From assembly GCA_030679255.1 (NCBI GenBank), contig JAUXTO010000017.1, forward strand, positions 1,925-65,924: a stretch of DNA of 64,000 nt. Direction: 5' to 3'. A program made the position numbers and the translations under genes. The notes below the pieces were generated by a model. It was given only the letters and a program-made list of their open reading frames with translations, was not told where the DNA came from and ran no database searches. This document shows, piece after piece, positions 35,234 to 45,784 of the stretch (its first letter is position 1; each line of letters begins with the position of its first letter). Source of the stretch: Candidatus Gottesmanbacteria bacterium (lineage in GTDB: Bacteria > Patescibacteriota > Microgenomatia > UBA10105 > UBA927).

Positions 35234-37507
35234 ATGGACAAAGCGTATAATCCGCAAGCAGTTGAGGAAGCCATATATAAGATGTGGGAAACCGGGGGAT
35301 ATTTTACCCCGAAATTAATTCCTAAAGAAGCCCTGCCTGCCGGCAGGCAGCCATTTTCCATCCTTCTCCCTCCACCCAACGCTAACGCTGACCTGCACGT
35401 CGGGCATGCGATGTATGTGGTCGAGGACATTATGATCCGCTATCACCGCATGAAGGGCGACCCCACGCTCTGGATGCCCGGGGCCGACCACGCAGGATTT
35501 GAGACGCAGTATGTGTATGAAAAACATTTGGCTAAACAGGGAAAGAGCCGGTTTGATTTTGACCGGGAGACACTGTATAAAGATATCTGGAACTTTGTCC
35601 ACACAAACCGCGGCTCGATGGAAAACCAACTCCGAAGGTTAGGGTTTTCGCTCGATTGGAGTCGAAACGTTTTTACCCTGGATCCTAGCATAGTTGAAAC
35701 GGTATACAAATCTTTTAAGCAGCTTTTTGACGAAGGACTTGTGTACCGCGATAAACGTCTGGTCAATTACTGCACCAAAGACGGTACCGGATTTTCGGAC
35801 CTCGAAGTCCTTTACGTCGAGCGCAATGACCCTCTCTACTATATTAAGTACGGCCCCTTCACTATCGCCACCGCCCGGCCGGAAACGAAATTCCGCGACA
35901 CGGCTCTCGCTGTCAACCCCAAAGACAAGCGCTATAAAAAGTACATCGGACAAACATTAGAAATTATGGGGCTCCTGGGTCCCATCACGATGACGGTCAT
36001 CCCTGATCCGCACGTCGATCCCAAATTTGGTACCGGCATCATGAAAGTGACACCGGCCCATGACCCGCATGATTTTGAGCTTGGACGGCAATTTAATCTG
36101 CCCGTCACTCCCATCATCGATTTCCGCGGAAAGATGGACTTTTCGTGGTTTCTCTCCCAAAAAGACATTGATCCTAAATATAGGGCACGGGCAGAAAATT
36201 ACCATGGTAAAAAAGTGGCCATCGTCCGGCCGCTCATGGTTGAAGATCTCAAAGCTGATGGACTGATGATAAAAATCGATGAAGCCTACACCCATCGGAT
36301 CGGTACCTGCTGGAAATGCGGAACCGTCATCGAGCCGCTTCCCCTGGAACAGTGGTATGTGAAAGTTGCCCCGATGACAAAAAAGGCAATCGAGGCGATC
36401 AATAAAAAACAAGTGACGTTTGTTCCGAAGCGGTTTGAAAAAACAGCCAAACAGTGGCTCACGAACTTCCATGACTGGAACATCAGCCGTCAAAATGTAT
36501 GGGGAATCCGGATCCCGGCATGGCACTGCGCACTTTGTGCGCAGAATCCGACCCGCTTCGCCAAAGCGATAGCGAGGCGAGCAAATACTACCAATAAGTC
36601 AAACGCTCAATCAATAAGACTCTCCGGATGGGTTGTGACGGATGGGGAAAAGCCAGAAACGTGTCCGACGTGCGGGGGCCGCGATCTCACCCAGGACACG
36701 GATACATTTGATACATGGTTTAGCTCGGGACAATGGCCCTTCGCAACGCTTCGCGCAACAAGAGACTTTGACTATTTCTATCCGACGACGGTCATGGAAA
36801 CGGGATATGACATCCTCCCCTGGTGGGTATGCCGGATGCTTATGCTCGGCATTCATTTAACCGGCAGCGTGCCGTTCACCACCGTCTATCTTCATGGACT
36901 CGTCCGGGATGCACAAGGTCAAAAAATGAGTAAGAGCAAAGGCAATGTCATCAATCCTCTCAAAATGGTTGATCAATACGGTGCCGATGCGCTCCGGATG
37001 GCGCTCGTGTTTGGCACGGGAGCGGGAAACGATCAGGCGCTCTCGGAAGACAAAATCCGTGGGATGCGGAATTTTGCCAATAAATTGTGGAACATTGGAC
37101 GGTTCATTGAAATGAACCTTCAAATCTCAAATCCCTATGACCAAATCACAATATACGATGAAAACATGCATAAAATGCTCAAAAATCCCAATGATAAACG
37201 GATCATTTCCCAAACGAATATGCTTGTTGCCGGAGTCACGAAGGATCTTGATCGATACCGATTCTCCGATGCTGCTCAGAAAATCTATAACTTTACCTGG
37301 CATACGCTCGCCGATGTGCATTTGGAAAAAAATAAAGAACGGTTTAAAGAAGGTGATGGTCAGGCAATAGCGGTTCTTCGACACGTCTTCCTCACGATCA
37401 TGAAACTTCTCCACCCGTTCATGCCTTTTGTGACGGAAGAAATCTGGAGCAAACTACCGAGAAAAACGACTGATCCTCTCATCATCTCCCCTTGGCCCGG
37501 GAATTGA
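35234..37507 (+). CDS. valS: valyl-tRNA synthetase (compact, no C-terminal coiled coil)
   Basis: PPPNANADLHVGHA (HIGH), KMSKSKGN (KMSKS), editing (CP1) and anticodon-binding regions. Confidence 0.9.
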   Translation: MDKAYNPQAVEEAIYKMWETGGYFTPKLIPKEALPAGRQPFSILLPPPNANADLHVGHAMYVVEDIMIRYHRMKGDPTLWMPGADHAGFETQYVYEKHLAKQGKSRFDFDRETLYKDIWNFVHTNRGSMENQLRRLGFSLDWSRNVFTLDPSIVETVYKSFKQLFDEGLVYRDKRLVNYCTKDGTGFSDLEVLYVERNDPLYYIKYGPFTIATARPETKFRDTALAVNPKDKRYKKYIGQTLEIMGLLGPITMTVIPDPHVDPKFGTGIMKVTPAHDPHDFELGRQFNLPVTPIIDFRGKMDFSWFLSQKDIDPKYRARAENYHGKKVAIVRPLMVEDLKADGLMIKIDEAYTHRIGTCWKCGTVIEPLPLEQWYVKVAPMTKKAIEAINKKQVTFVPKRFEKTAKQWLTNFHDWNISRQNVWGIRIPAWHCALCAQNPTRFAKAIARRANTTNKSNAQSIRLSGWVVTDGEKPETCPTCGGRDLTQDTDTFDTWFSSGQWPFATLRATRDFDYFYPTTVMETGYDILPWWVCRMLMLGIHLTGSVPFTTVYLHGLVRDAQGQKMSKSKGNVINPLKMVDQYGADALRMALVFGTGAGNDQALSEDKIRGMRNFANKLWNIGRFIEMNLQISNPYDQITIYDENMHKMLKNPNDKRIISQTNMLVAGVTKDLDRYRFSDAAQKIYNFTWHTLADVHLEKNKERFKEGDGQAIAVLRHVFLTIMKLLHPFMPFVTEEIWSKLPRKTTDPLIISPWPGN

Positions 37508-37516
37508 AAATTTCTC

Positions 37517-38443
37517 TCAAGGAGTAGGTTGTAGCGTCCCCGTCGGAGTGACTACCCGCGTCGGTGTTGGTGTAAGGGTCGTGAGAGACTGCAGATTTTT
37601 TTCGACCGTTGCGACGATTTTTGTAAATACCGCCTCATCGCCCACAAAGTCTACCGTTAATCCCGCTGGGGCGAAATTATTCATCTCAAGAGTCATTCCG
37701 TCATCAATTTCGATCATAAACCCATGCATACTGCTAAATGTATATCCACCGACGGTAGACCCTCCAAAATTTCCGGTATATTCGAGCGCTTTCTTTCCAT
37801 TCGTCAGCACCACCTGCTTTATGACAAATGATTTGCCGGATGCGTCGGTGAGCCCTACATTGCCCCGCGCATCAACGAGGAGCTGTCCCCGCCCACGGGG
37901 AGCGACGGTGAAACGCGATCCACCCGGAAGATATGTCCCCTGCGACGCGCAGTTTCCACCATCACAGATTGGCGGCAGGACGTCAGGAGGAAGTTGAAAG
38001 GTGACCCCTACAATCGGTTGTTTGGTTGTACCACTGACGACCGGATAGGATATCCACGCGTCCGATCGCGGTGCTATCGTGGCTGTGGGAGTCGCTGTGG
38101 GAGACAAGAGATTAATAACATAGGGCGTTGGGGACGAAGTCGGCGTGGGCTGAATCGTTTCCGCGACTGTTGAACGTTCAGACCGCGAACCCAAATATTG
38201 ACGTAAAAACACACTTATCCCCATCCCGACGGCAAAAAGTAACAAAAAAAGGATCATCATGCCGATCGTACTTCCAAACGAATGATGTATGGGTTTTGGC
38301 AGCTCGGACGGAAATGGTATTTCCTGTGGAGGTTCCTGGGGGACGGACTCAATGACCGGCGTTTCTTCGTAGGTTAAGGATGATGGTTGTGCTACGTTCG
38401 AGTTTTGCGGTTGAGACGAGACTCCGGCAGGTTGATCGTCCAT
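37517..38443 (-). CDS. hypothetical membrane-anchored protein with Pro/Thr-rich segments
   Basis: 308 aa, one TM, PT-rich linkers; no motif. Confidence 0.35.
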   Translation of the reverse strand: MDDQPAGVSSQPQNSNVAQPSSLTYEETPVIESVPQEPPQEIPFPSELPKPIHHSFGSTIGMMILFLLLFAVGMGISVFLRQYLGSRSERSTVAETIQPTPTSSPTPYVINLLSPTATPTATIAPRSDAWISYPVVSGTTKQPIVGVTFQLPPDVLPPICDGGNCASQGTYLPGGSRFTVAPRGRGQLLVDARGNVGLTDASGKSFVIKQVVLTNGKKALEYTGNFGGSTVGGYTFSSMHGFMIEIDDGMTLEMNNFAPAGLTVDFVGDEAVFTKIVATVEKNLQSLTTLTPTPTRVVTPTGTLQPTP

Positions 38444-38494
38444 ATTCTATGATTGTGACATCGGTACCCCTCCCATGTCAACGAAGTGAACTAT

Positions 38495-39283
38495 TTAGAT
38501 CCGCTTCATGAGGCACACCGTCATATTATCGGTGACGCCAGAGTCCTGCGCGCAGTGGAGTATAGTCGCCGCCACATTGGAAAGTTCTGTCGCGCTTATT
38601 TCGCTTTGCTTCAAGAGTTCCGAACATTTTATTGTATTCATAACCTGCCCAACTCCGTCCGTCACCATGATCAGGCTATCACCTGCAATAAAATCTCCGG
38701 TAACGACCGATGGGATAAGTCCATAACGGGTTGTCCCAATAGCCTTTGTCAAAGATCCTGATGCATCAACATCTTCTGTAGTCAATTTTGTCATCACGCC
38801 CCCCCGCACGAGATATGCACTACTGTCGCCTACGCTCCCGATATAAAAATGCCGGTCGATAATAATGCAGACAAGCATCGTAGTCCCCATGCCTCCTCCA
38901 AATCCTTCTTCCCGTTGTTTCTGCCAAACGCTCATGTTGGTTGTGCGGAATATTCTTTGCAGTAATAATTTCCGGTCTTTCCAGTACGTATGCTTTTGCC
39001 GGACAAGACGATAGGCCCACACGGCCGTATCTCCGGCAAGCTGGGACGCTACCTCCCCTTGAGGGAGTCCTCCAACCCCGTCACACACGACAAAACACTC
39101 ATCGTTAAAATTGATGAAATAATCTTCCTGTGTCTCTCGCCCGCCCTGGAGTTGACTGGCAGCAAAAATGATGGGAGCGGCGGGGGGACGCTCATGAAGA
39201 AATGATGAATCGGAGATGGCCACTGTATCAGGATTGTACTGCTTCTTTATAGCGCCTTTCAACTTCTGCCCAATGAACGACAT
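38495..39283 (-). CDS. PP2C-family Ser/Thr protein phosphatase
   Basis: CDGVGG, MVTDGV metal-binding motifs; the N-terminus overlaps the sodA 3' end by about 56 nt, so the true start may be downstream. Confidence 0.75.
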   Translation of the reverse strand: MSFIGQKLKGAIKKQYNPDTVAISDSSFLHERPPAAPIIFAASQLQGGRETQEDYFINFNDECFVVCDGVGGLPQGEVASQLAGDTAVWAYRLVRQKHTYWKDRKLLLQRIFRTTNMSVWQKQREEGFGGGMGTTMLVCIIIDRHFYIGSVGDSSAYLVRGGVMTKLTTEDVDASGSLTKAIGTTRYGLIPSVVTGDFIAGDSLIMVTDGVGQVMNTIKCSELLKQSEISATELSNVAATILHCAQDSGVTDNMTVCLMKRI

Positions 39284-39848
39284 TCCACCACGCTTTCACA
39301 TAATCAGCACGGACATTTTGGTACTTGAGATAATACGCATGTTCCCACACGTCTAACCCTAAAATAGGGGTCTTTACTGCCATCAATGGGTTATCCTGGT
39401 TAGGCGTATCCATGATGACGAGTTTCCTCGCGTCCACCACAAGCCATACCCAACCGCTACCAAACCGCGCCATGGCAGCCGCACTAAATTGCTCTTGAAA
39501 TTTTTCCAGACTTCCAAACGCGGCGTCCATAACGGTGGCAAACCGTTCGCTCGGCACCCTGAGTTCTCCGCTGATGTTGGGAGCCATCACGGTCCAAAAA
39601 AGGGTGTGGTTGTAGTGTCCTCCCCCATTATTTCTCACTTTCATCCGCACATCTTCCGGCACTTGAGCTAGTTGGGTCATCAATTGTTGTATTGTGGTAT
39701 TGTTAAATTGTGACAAGCTCGCAAGTGCGTCATTCACGTTTTTCACGTATGCCGCGTGGTGTTTGTCATGATGAATCTGCATCGTCGCCGCATCAATATA
39801 CGGCTCCAGTGCATTATAGGCGTAGGGTAGTTCGGGAAGTGTATACAT
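39228..39848 (-). CDS. sodA: superoxide dismutase [Fe/Mn]
   Basis: [14 protein letters not shown] metal ligands. Confidence 0.95.
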   Translation of the reverse strand: MYTLPELPYAYNALEPYIDAATMQIHHDKHHAAYVKNVNDALASLSQFNNTTIQQLMTQLAQVPEDVRMKVRNNGGGHYNHTLFWTVMAPNISGELRVPSERFATVMDAAFGSLEKFQEQFSAAAMARFGSGWVWLVVDARKLVIMDTPNQDNPLMAVKTPILGLDVWEHAYYLKYQNVRADYVKAWWNVVHWAEVERRYKEAVQS

Positions 39849-39971
39849 AATTATTTATCGCCTTCTGTTTGTAGTTTAACATACATTAGATAATTCTGCA
39901 GTTACTTTTTTTAAACTCTCGAGTGACGACACACAACGGGTATTTATCTGTTTCGTTATATAATAGGAAGC

Positions 39972-42179
39972 ATGAAACCCACACAAACAAATTCCAAGCT
40001 TCTTACGCCCAAAAAAAAACTGCCCCGGTGGACGAAATATTTTTTTTGGCTTTTGCCCATTGGACTTGTCCTTGTCTCGTACCTCCTTATCCTCAAAGAC
40101 CTCCCTTCTCCCACCAAGCTTGGGAATTATGACGTCCCGGTCGCAACAAAAGTTTATGACCGCAACGGACATTTGCTCTACGACATCTTCGCCGACCAAA
40201 ACAGATCTCCGATACCACTCGCCCACATCCCTAAATATCTCCAACAGGCAACCATTGCCATCGAAGATAAAGATTTTTACCGGCACGGAGGGATCAGTCC
40301 GGTGGGCGGCATGATCCGAGCAATAGTCGCCTCCGTCACGCGAAACAAACTCCAGGGCGGTTCAACGATCACCCAACAGCTTGTTAAATCAGCACTCTTA
40401 ACTTCTGAGCGCACCGTCACGCGTAAAATTAAAGAAATCATCCTCGCCTTTTGGGTCGAAATCCTCTACCCCAAAGATAAAATCCTTGAGATGTATCTCA
40501 ACCAAGTCCCCTATGGGGGTACGGCATGGGGCATAGAAACCGCATCAGAAAAATATTTCGGAAAATCCGCAAGTGAATTGACGCTTGCCGAAGCCTCACT
40601 TCTTGCCGGTCTTCCCCAGGCACCAACGCTCTATTCGCCCTACGGTGCCCATCCGGAATATGCCAAGACCCGCCAAAAAGAAGTGCTCCGCAGAATGGTC
40701 GAAGACCGCTATATCACGCAAGAAGAGTCCGACGCTGTCGACGCACAAACGCTCATCTATAAAAACGCACCGAACATCAAAGCTCCCCACTTTGTCATGT
40801 ATGTCAAACAAGAACTTGTTGACCGATTCGGAGAAGCACTCGTGGAACGCGGGGGGCTCAAAGTCACAACGACCTTAGATCTCCCGCTCCAGGAATATGC
40901 CCAGGCGACCGTAGCCGGAGAGGTCAAAGACTTAGCGAGGCTTGCGGTGACCAACGGCGCCGCTCTCGTCACGAAGCCCGCCACCGGCGAAATTCTTGCC
41001 ATGGTGGGGTCTACGGATTATTTTGCCTCCCCTTCCGGAACGTTTAATGTGACGACCGCCCTCCGGCAACCCGGATCTTCCATCAAACCCATTAATTATG
41101 CCATCGGCCTGGAAAAACGCATCGTCACCCCGGCGACGATGTTTTTGGATATTCCGACGTGTTTTAAAAACTTTGACCAGCCCAATTACTGCCCCAAAAA
41201 TTATGACGGGAAATTCCGCGGTCCTGTTCAGCTCCGGCTGGCGCTCGGAAACTCTTACAATATCCCGTCCGTCAAAATGCTGTACCTCAACTCAGTCCGC
41301 GATATGGTGGCTTCGGCGAGCGCCTTCGGCTTGGATACCCTCACTGATGCTGACCGCTATGGACTCTCATTGGCCCTTGGCGGTGGCGAGGTTCGCATGA
41401 CGGATATGGCCGAAGCATTTGGAGTGTTTGCAAATGGCGGAATACGCAAAAATTTAGTATCAATCCTGAAGGTCGTAGATAAACAAGGCTCCGTGCTCTT
41501 TGAATATAAAGATCCAAATCTCCAAAAAGAAATCCCTTCCCAACTCTTGCTCCAGGGACCACGGGCGGTAAGCGCGGAAACCGCATTTCTCATCTCGCAC
41601 ATACTTCTCGACAACAATGCGCGCCAGGATTCATTCGGTCCCCGTTCTAATCTCTATATTCCCAATCATGCCGTATCCGTCAAAACCGGCACCACGGATG
41701 ACCTCCGGGATAACTGGACCATCGGATTTACCCCTCAGGTGTTGGTAGCGGCTTGGGTCGGCAACAACGATAATTCAAAAATGAATCAAGCGCTTGTCTC
41801 CGGCGTGACCGGAGCCGCTCCCATCTGGAACAAGATTATGACACAAACACTAAACGGAAAGCCCGATGTGTGGCCCAAGCAGCCCGACGGCATCGTCGGA
41901 TCCCAAATCTGTGCGGTTTCCGGACTTCAGGCGCCCAACCCTGATGGCGAGGACAAAGGATGTCCAATGCGATTTGAATATTTTATCAATGGAACCGTAC
42001 CCAAGGAACGTGAAAATCTGAAGCGTTCGGTACTCATAGATAAAGAAACCGGCGATCTAGCACCCGCCGGTAAAACAGACAATGTGGAAATGCAGGAACA
42101 CACCGTGCTCTCCGATGGTATATCCACCTATTGCTTGGACTGCCCGCACGCGGAGGGCAGGGCTATATTAATCAAATGA
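39972..42179 (+). CDS. class A penicillin-binding protein (PBP1A family: transglycosylase + transpeptidase)
   Basis: EDKDFYRHGG, GGSTITQQL (GT51), SSIKP (SxxK), KTGTT. Confidence 0.85.
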   Translation: MKPTQTNSKLLTPKKKLPRWTKYFFWLLPIGLVLVSYLLILKDLPSPTKLGNYDVPVATKVYDRNGHLLYDIFADQNRSPIPLAHIPKYLQQATIAIEDKDFYRHGGISPVGGMIRAIVASVTRNKLQGGSTITQQLVKSALLTSERTVTRKIKEIILAFWVEILYPKDKILEMYLNQVPYGGTAWGIETASEKYFGKSASELTLAEASLLAGLPQAPTLYSPYGAHPEYAKTRQKEVLRRMVEDRYITQEESDAVDAQTLIYKNAPNIKAPHFVMYVKQELVDRFGEALVERGGLKVTTTLDLPLQEYAQATVAGEVKDLARLAVTNGAALVTKPATGEILAMVGSTDYFASPSGTFNVTTALRQPGSSIKPINYAIGLEKRIVTPATMFLDIPTCFKNFDQPNYCPKNYDGKFRGPVQLRLALGNSYNIPSVKMLYLNSVRDMVASASAFGLDTLTDADRYGLSLALGGGEVRMTDMAEAFGVFANGGIRKNLVSILKVVDKQGSVLFEYKDPNLQKEIPSQLLLQGPRAVSAETAFLISHILLDNNARQDSFGPRSNLYIPNHAVSVKTGTTDDLRDNWTIGFTPQVLVAAWVGNNDNSKMNQALVSGVTGAAPIWNKIMTQTLNGKPDVWPKQPDGIVGSQICAVSGLQAPNPDGEDKGCPMRFEYFINGTVPKERENLKRSVLIDKETGDLAPAGKTDNVEMQEHTVLSDGISTYCLDCPHAEGRAILIK

Positions 42180-42182
42180 ATT

Positions 42183-42297
42183 AATCCGACCAATTTACCA
42201 ATCCGACAAATGAATAATCCAATGACGTAATGATTCAATCATTTTTCCTCATCGTTCCAATAATTGGGTTATTGGTCTGGATTGGTCGGATTCCAAC
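42183..42297. repeat. long imperfect inverted repeat (about 45 nt arms) rich in CCAAT/ATTGG between the two PBP genes
   Basis: aatccgaccaatttaccaatccgac...gtctggattggtcggatt; candidate terminator/attenuator or regulator binding site. Confidence 0.6.
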
Positions 42298-42347
42298 TAT
42301 TTTTCTGCTTGTATCCGACCCATAGTCTGTGGTATAACGCGTCCATC

Positions 42348-44678
42348 ATGCTTCCTAAACCAAAAAACATAAAAAGGACTACATCTGCACCGTCCCGACC
42401 GGTCGTTTTTTTTCTTGCGCTTGCCTATATTCTTATGGCTCTCGGAGATGGAGTACGGATGGGTTTTTGGTGGGTCATACGATTGATAATCGTATCCTAT
42501 AAAAAAATTTCCTTACAATCCCGTCCGGTCAAAATATTGGTAACAACGATACGGATGCGTATGCGCGTGGCAATAAGCGTCCGGAAGTTATTCCTCCGTC
42601 AATGGATACAACGGGTAATACCATCAACCAAACCGAAGAAATACGCACGCAAGAACAGACGATGGAACGACATACTTCCCAAATTTTCCCTACCGCAATT
42701 TATTGGGCTCCATCCACTCATGGTTTTCATCTTAGGATCTCTCTCAACGATATTTTTTATCGCGATTCCGCTCATTGCCTATCTCTGGCTCCGCTCTCTC
42801 CCGAACCCTACTCTCCTTACAGTCCGCGATCTTGATGTGACGACAAAGGTCTTTGACCGAAATGGGGCGCTCTTGTATGAAATTTACGCCGATCAAAACC
42901 GCACGCCACTTGCTTTGAGCGACATTCCAAAATACGTCATCCAGGCAACGATAGCCATTGAAGATAAAAATTTTTATTCCCACCAGGGATTTTCCCTCTC
43001 CGGCATGGCCCGCGCCGCACGGGAAACCATGCTCAAGGGCCGCGTTCAAGGAGGATCGACTATTACACAACAGCTCATAAAGTCAGCGCTCCTCACCCCG
43101 GAAATAAACGTTTCCAGAAAGATTAAAGAGATCATTCTCGCTTTTTGGGCAGAACGTCTGTACACAAAAAATCAATTATTAGAAATGTACCTCAATCAAG
43201 TGCCGTATGGGGGCACTGCGTGGGGTATAGAATCCGCGGCACAAACGTATTTTAGTAAATCGGCAAAAAACCTAACCCTCGCTGAAGCTTCACTTTTAGC
43301 AGGACTTCCTGCTGCTCCGAGCGAATATTCACCATTTGGCACGCATGTCGACCGGGCGTTTTCCCGCCAGGGAGAAGTGCTCCGGAGAATGGTCGAAGAC
43401 CGGTATATTACTGAATCTCAAGCCCGGGAAGCCCTCGCGCAGGAAATCCGCTTTGCAAAACCCCGGATCGGTATCCGCGCTCCGCACTTTGTCATGTATA
43501 TTAAAGAAATTCTTGAACGCCGCTACGGCCCGAGGCTCGTCGAACGCGGGGGCCTGCGAATAAAAACGTCGCTTGATCTGGGCCTCCAGGAACGTGTCGA
43601 AGAAATAGTCAATACCAATATTACAAAGCTTGCCTCCCTTCGCGTCGGCAACGGAGCGGCGATCGTCACGAATCCAAAAACCGGAGAAATACTTGCGATG
43701 GTCGGAAGCCGGGACTATTTTGATACCACGCGTGAAGGCAACGTCAATGTCACGGTTGCACACCGGCAACCAGGATCATCCATCAAGGTGGTGACCTATG
43801 CCGCCGCTATGGAAAAAGGGTTTACTGCCGGCTCAATTCTTGATGATAGTCCGGTTTCCTATCCGCAAATCGGTGCACCTGCTTATACCCCGGTCAATTA
43901 TGACAGTAAATTCCATGGCTTTGTGCCTCTCCGGTACGCGCTGGGAAATTCTTATAATATCCCGGCAATACGCACGATAGCCGCAATCGGCGTCCCGGCT
44001 GTCATCCAAAAGGGTCGGGCTATGGGCATCACTTCTTGGATCGACGAAAGTAGGTATGGACTCGCGCTTACGTTAGGCGGCGGAGAAGTCACTATGCTTG
44101 ATATGGCTTCAGTCTTTGGTACATTAGCAAATTTGGGAACGAGAGTAGAATTATTACCCATCACAGAGGTGAGCGATTATACGGGCAGAATTCTCGAAAA
44201 AAATAAATCAAACGAACGCCCACAGGCAGTCAAACCGGAAGTTGCCTGGATCATTGGAAATATCTTAAGTGATAATAATGCGCGGACTGCTGCCTTCGGC
44301 CCCAACTCGATGCTCGTCATCCCCGGTAAAACGGTGTCAGTCAAAACCGGCACGACCGATAACCTGCGGGACAACTGGACCATCGGCTACACGCCAAGCG
44401 TTGTTGCTTCCGTCTGGGTGGGAAACAACAACAACAGCCCGATGAATCCCTACCTTGTCTCCGGAGTTACCGGCGCCGCGCCGATCTGGAATGCCATCAT
44501 GACGGATATCCTCAAAGACCGACCTGATGAAACACTCCCGCGTCCTGACGGCGTCATCAGTGTCCCCTGCTACTATGGCCGCCCTGAATATTTTCTCATC
44601 GGTACCCAACCCACGAGCGGCCAGTGCGCTCCACTCCCTACACCACGACCAACCGAAAGTCCTACGCCTACTCCGTAA
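42348..44678 (+). CDS. class A penicillin-binding protein, second paralog
   Basis: EDKNFYSHQG, GGSTITQQL, SSIKV, KTGTT; start chosen at MLPKPKN. Confidence 0.85.
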   Translation: MLPKPKNIKRTTSAPSRPVVFFLALAYILMALGDGVRMGFWWVIRLIIVSYKKISLQSRPVKILVTTIRMRMRVAISVRKLFLRQWIQRVIPSTKPKKYARKNRRWNDILPKFSLPQFIGLHPLMVFILGSLSTIFFIAIPLIAYLWLRSLPNPTLLTVRDLDVTTKVFDRNGALLYEIYADQNRTPLALSDIPKYVIQATIAIEDKNFYSHQGFSLSGMARAARETMLKGRVQGGSTITQQLIKSALLTPEINVSRKIKEIILAFWAERLYTKNQLLEMYLNQVPYGGTAWGIESAAQTYFSKSAKNLTLAEASLLAGLPAAPSEYSPFGTHVDRAFSRQGEVLRRMVEDRYITESQAREALAQEIRFAKPRIGIRAPHFVMYIKEILERRYGPRLVERGGLRIKTSLDLGLQERVEEIVNTNITKLASLRVGNGAAIVTNPKTGEILAMVGSRDYFDTTREGNVNVTVAHRQPGSSIKVVTYAAAMEKGFTAGSILDDSPVSYPQIGAPAYTPVNYDSKFHGFVPLRYALGNSYNIPAIRTIAAIGVPAVIQKGRAMGITSWIDESRYGLALTLGGGEVTMLDMASVFGTLANLGTRVELLPITEVSDYTGRILEKNKSNERPQAVKPEVAWIIGNILSDNNARTAAFGPNSMLVIPGKTVSVKTGTTDNLRDNWTIGYTPSVVASVWVGNNNNSPMNPYLVSGVTGAAPIWNAIMTDILKDRPDETLPRPDGVISVPCYYGRPEYFLIGTQPTSGQCAPLPTPRPTESPTPTP

Positions 44679-45165
44679 CCACGACTGTTCCGAAATCTGA
44701 TGCCAATACGTGATTGTGGTACTTCCATGTACCGACCTTCACAAACGTGTACTCATACGTACCGCCGTTTGTGACGCTTTTCAACTGATCAAAACCAGGA
44801 AGCAATTGATGCGTCGGATGCATGGCGGAGGCAACCCACATACCTTGCGTTCCTTTATTGGCCCATCGCACAGTGCTTCCCACTTTAACGGTGACACTTT
44901 TTGGGGTAAATCCCTGCGCATCATAGGTAACCGTGGCACTTGCTTTTGTCGCTCCACCTTTCTCCATCGCGCCACCAGAGGCTCCCGTCGCTGAATCATC
45001 TGATCCTAACGAAACGGTTGGTTCAACCGCCGGAGTTTCCTTTGTCACGACGCTTGTATCTTTTTTTGTCATGTCCGGATACGTAGAATTCCCTTTCAGG
45101 AAATACCACCCCGCGCCGACCCCGACAAGAAGAACGAGCAATCCTACTACTAATTTATTGTTCAT
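44668..45165 (-). CDS. hypothetical secreted protein, possibly cupredoxin-like
   Basis: signal anchor, beta-rich C-terminal domain with His residues (MHPTH, YHNH); weak. Confidence 0.3.
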   Translation of the reverse strand: MNNKLVVGLLVLLVGVGAGWYFLKGNSTYPDMTKKDTSVVTKETPAVEPTVSLGSDDSATGASGGAMEKGGATKASATVTYDAQGFTPKSVTVKVGSTVRWANKGTQGMWVASAMHPTHQLLPGFDQLKSVTNGGTYEYTFVKVGTWKYHNHVLASDFGTVVVTE

Positions 45166-45414
45166 TATGTATTCACCACCTTTTAGAAACACTTAACGAA
45201 TAAAATGAGTTTAGTGTTTCTTAAACCCGCCGCCCCGCTTCGCTATGGCTTCAGCGAGGCGAGTCACGCGCCCTTTACGACGTGTACGAATAGTACTGAA
45301 AAGTCGTAAAGCAAGCGTAGGCGGGCTATGAAAAATCGTCAACTTTGTATTTTATCTCACCCATCATAGTACATCCAAACAGCAAAAAACAATCACTCAA
45401 AAACATGACAAGTT

Positions 45415-45442
45415 TTGACACTGGGAAAATATATGGTATACT
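45415..45442 (+). promoter_or_regulatory. sigma70-like promoter (TTGACA-16-TATACT)
   Basis: ttgacactgggaaaatatatggtatact, read directly. Confidence 0.6.
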
Positions 45443-45772
45443 ACCCTTTACAATTCAATATGGCGATGAAGGAGAAAGCCCTGAGCTAGTCGAAGGGCCT
45501 CGAGCTCCCGAGCCAGTTTCCGAAAAAATCCGAAAGGAAATTAGGAAACATATAAGGTAATCTTTATCTCTGTCAAGGCAAAGTCCCGAGCGAAGTCGAG
45601 GGGCTGACACAGAGGTTTTTATGTAGCCATTTTGGTCTACTCGGATTACGAAGAAGCGTGGCACCGCGTATATTGCTAAGCTAGTCCGTCTTTGGCGGAC
45701 GAAGCTTTAGCGAAGTCCGCCGCTTCAGGGTTTCACACACGGTTGTGAGATTCTGAACCGGCGGATTTTTTG
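45443..45772 (+). promoter_or_regulatory. about 330 nt structured leader of the arg operon with alternative hairpins; contains a T-box-core-like GCGUGGCACCGCG (45656-45668)
   Basis: hairpin ggcggac...gtccgcc (45695-45720) shares its 3' arm with the terminator 5' arm, so the two structures exclude each other; riboswitch/T-box class not established. Confidence 0.4.
45714..45772 (+). terminator. intrinsic terminator immediately upstream of the argG RBS (attenuator)
   Basis: tccgccg...cggcgga stem followed by TTTTTTGTT, then GGAG-N7-ATG. Confidence 0.55.
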
Positions 45773-45784
45773 TTGGAGAAAAAT

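Noticed and set aside
39228-39283. Genuine 56 nt overlap between the sodA 3' end and the PP2C phosphatase start
   Set aside because: Possible, but more likely the phosphatase initiates at a downstream non-ATG start. This cannot be resolved by eye, so it is only flagged in the feature note.
45225-45345. tRNA gene in the GC-rich structured segment
   Set aside because: No cloverleaf could be drawn. The candidate T-arm GTAC-GAATA-GTAC is only a 4 bp palindrome, and there is no matching acceptor or anticodon stem.
45345-45560. ORF 45345-45560 (71 aa) in the arg leader
   Set aside because: It spans the promoter and 5' leader and has no motif. The region is better explained as regulatory RNA.
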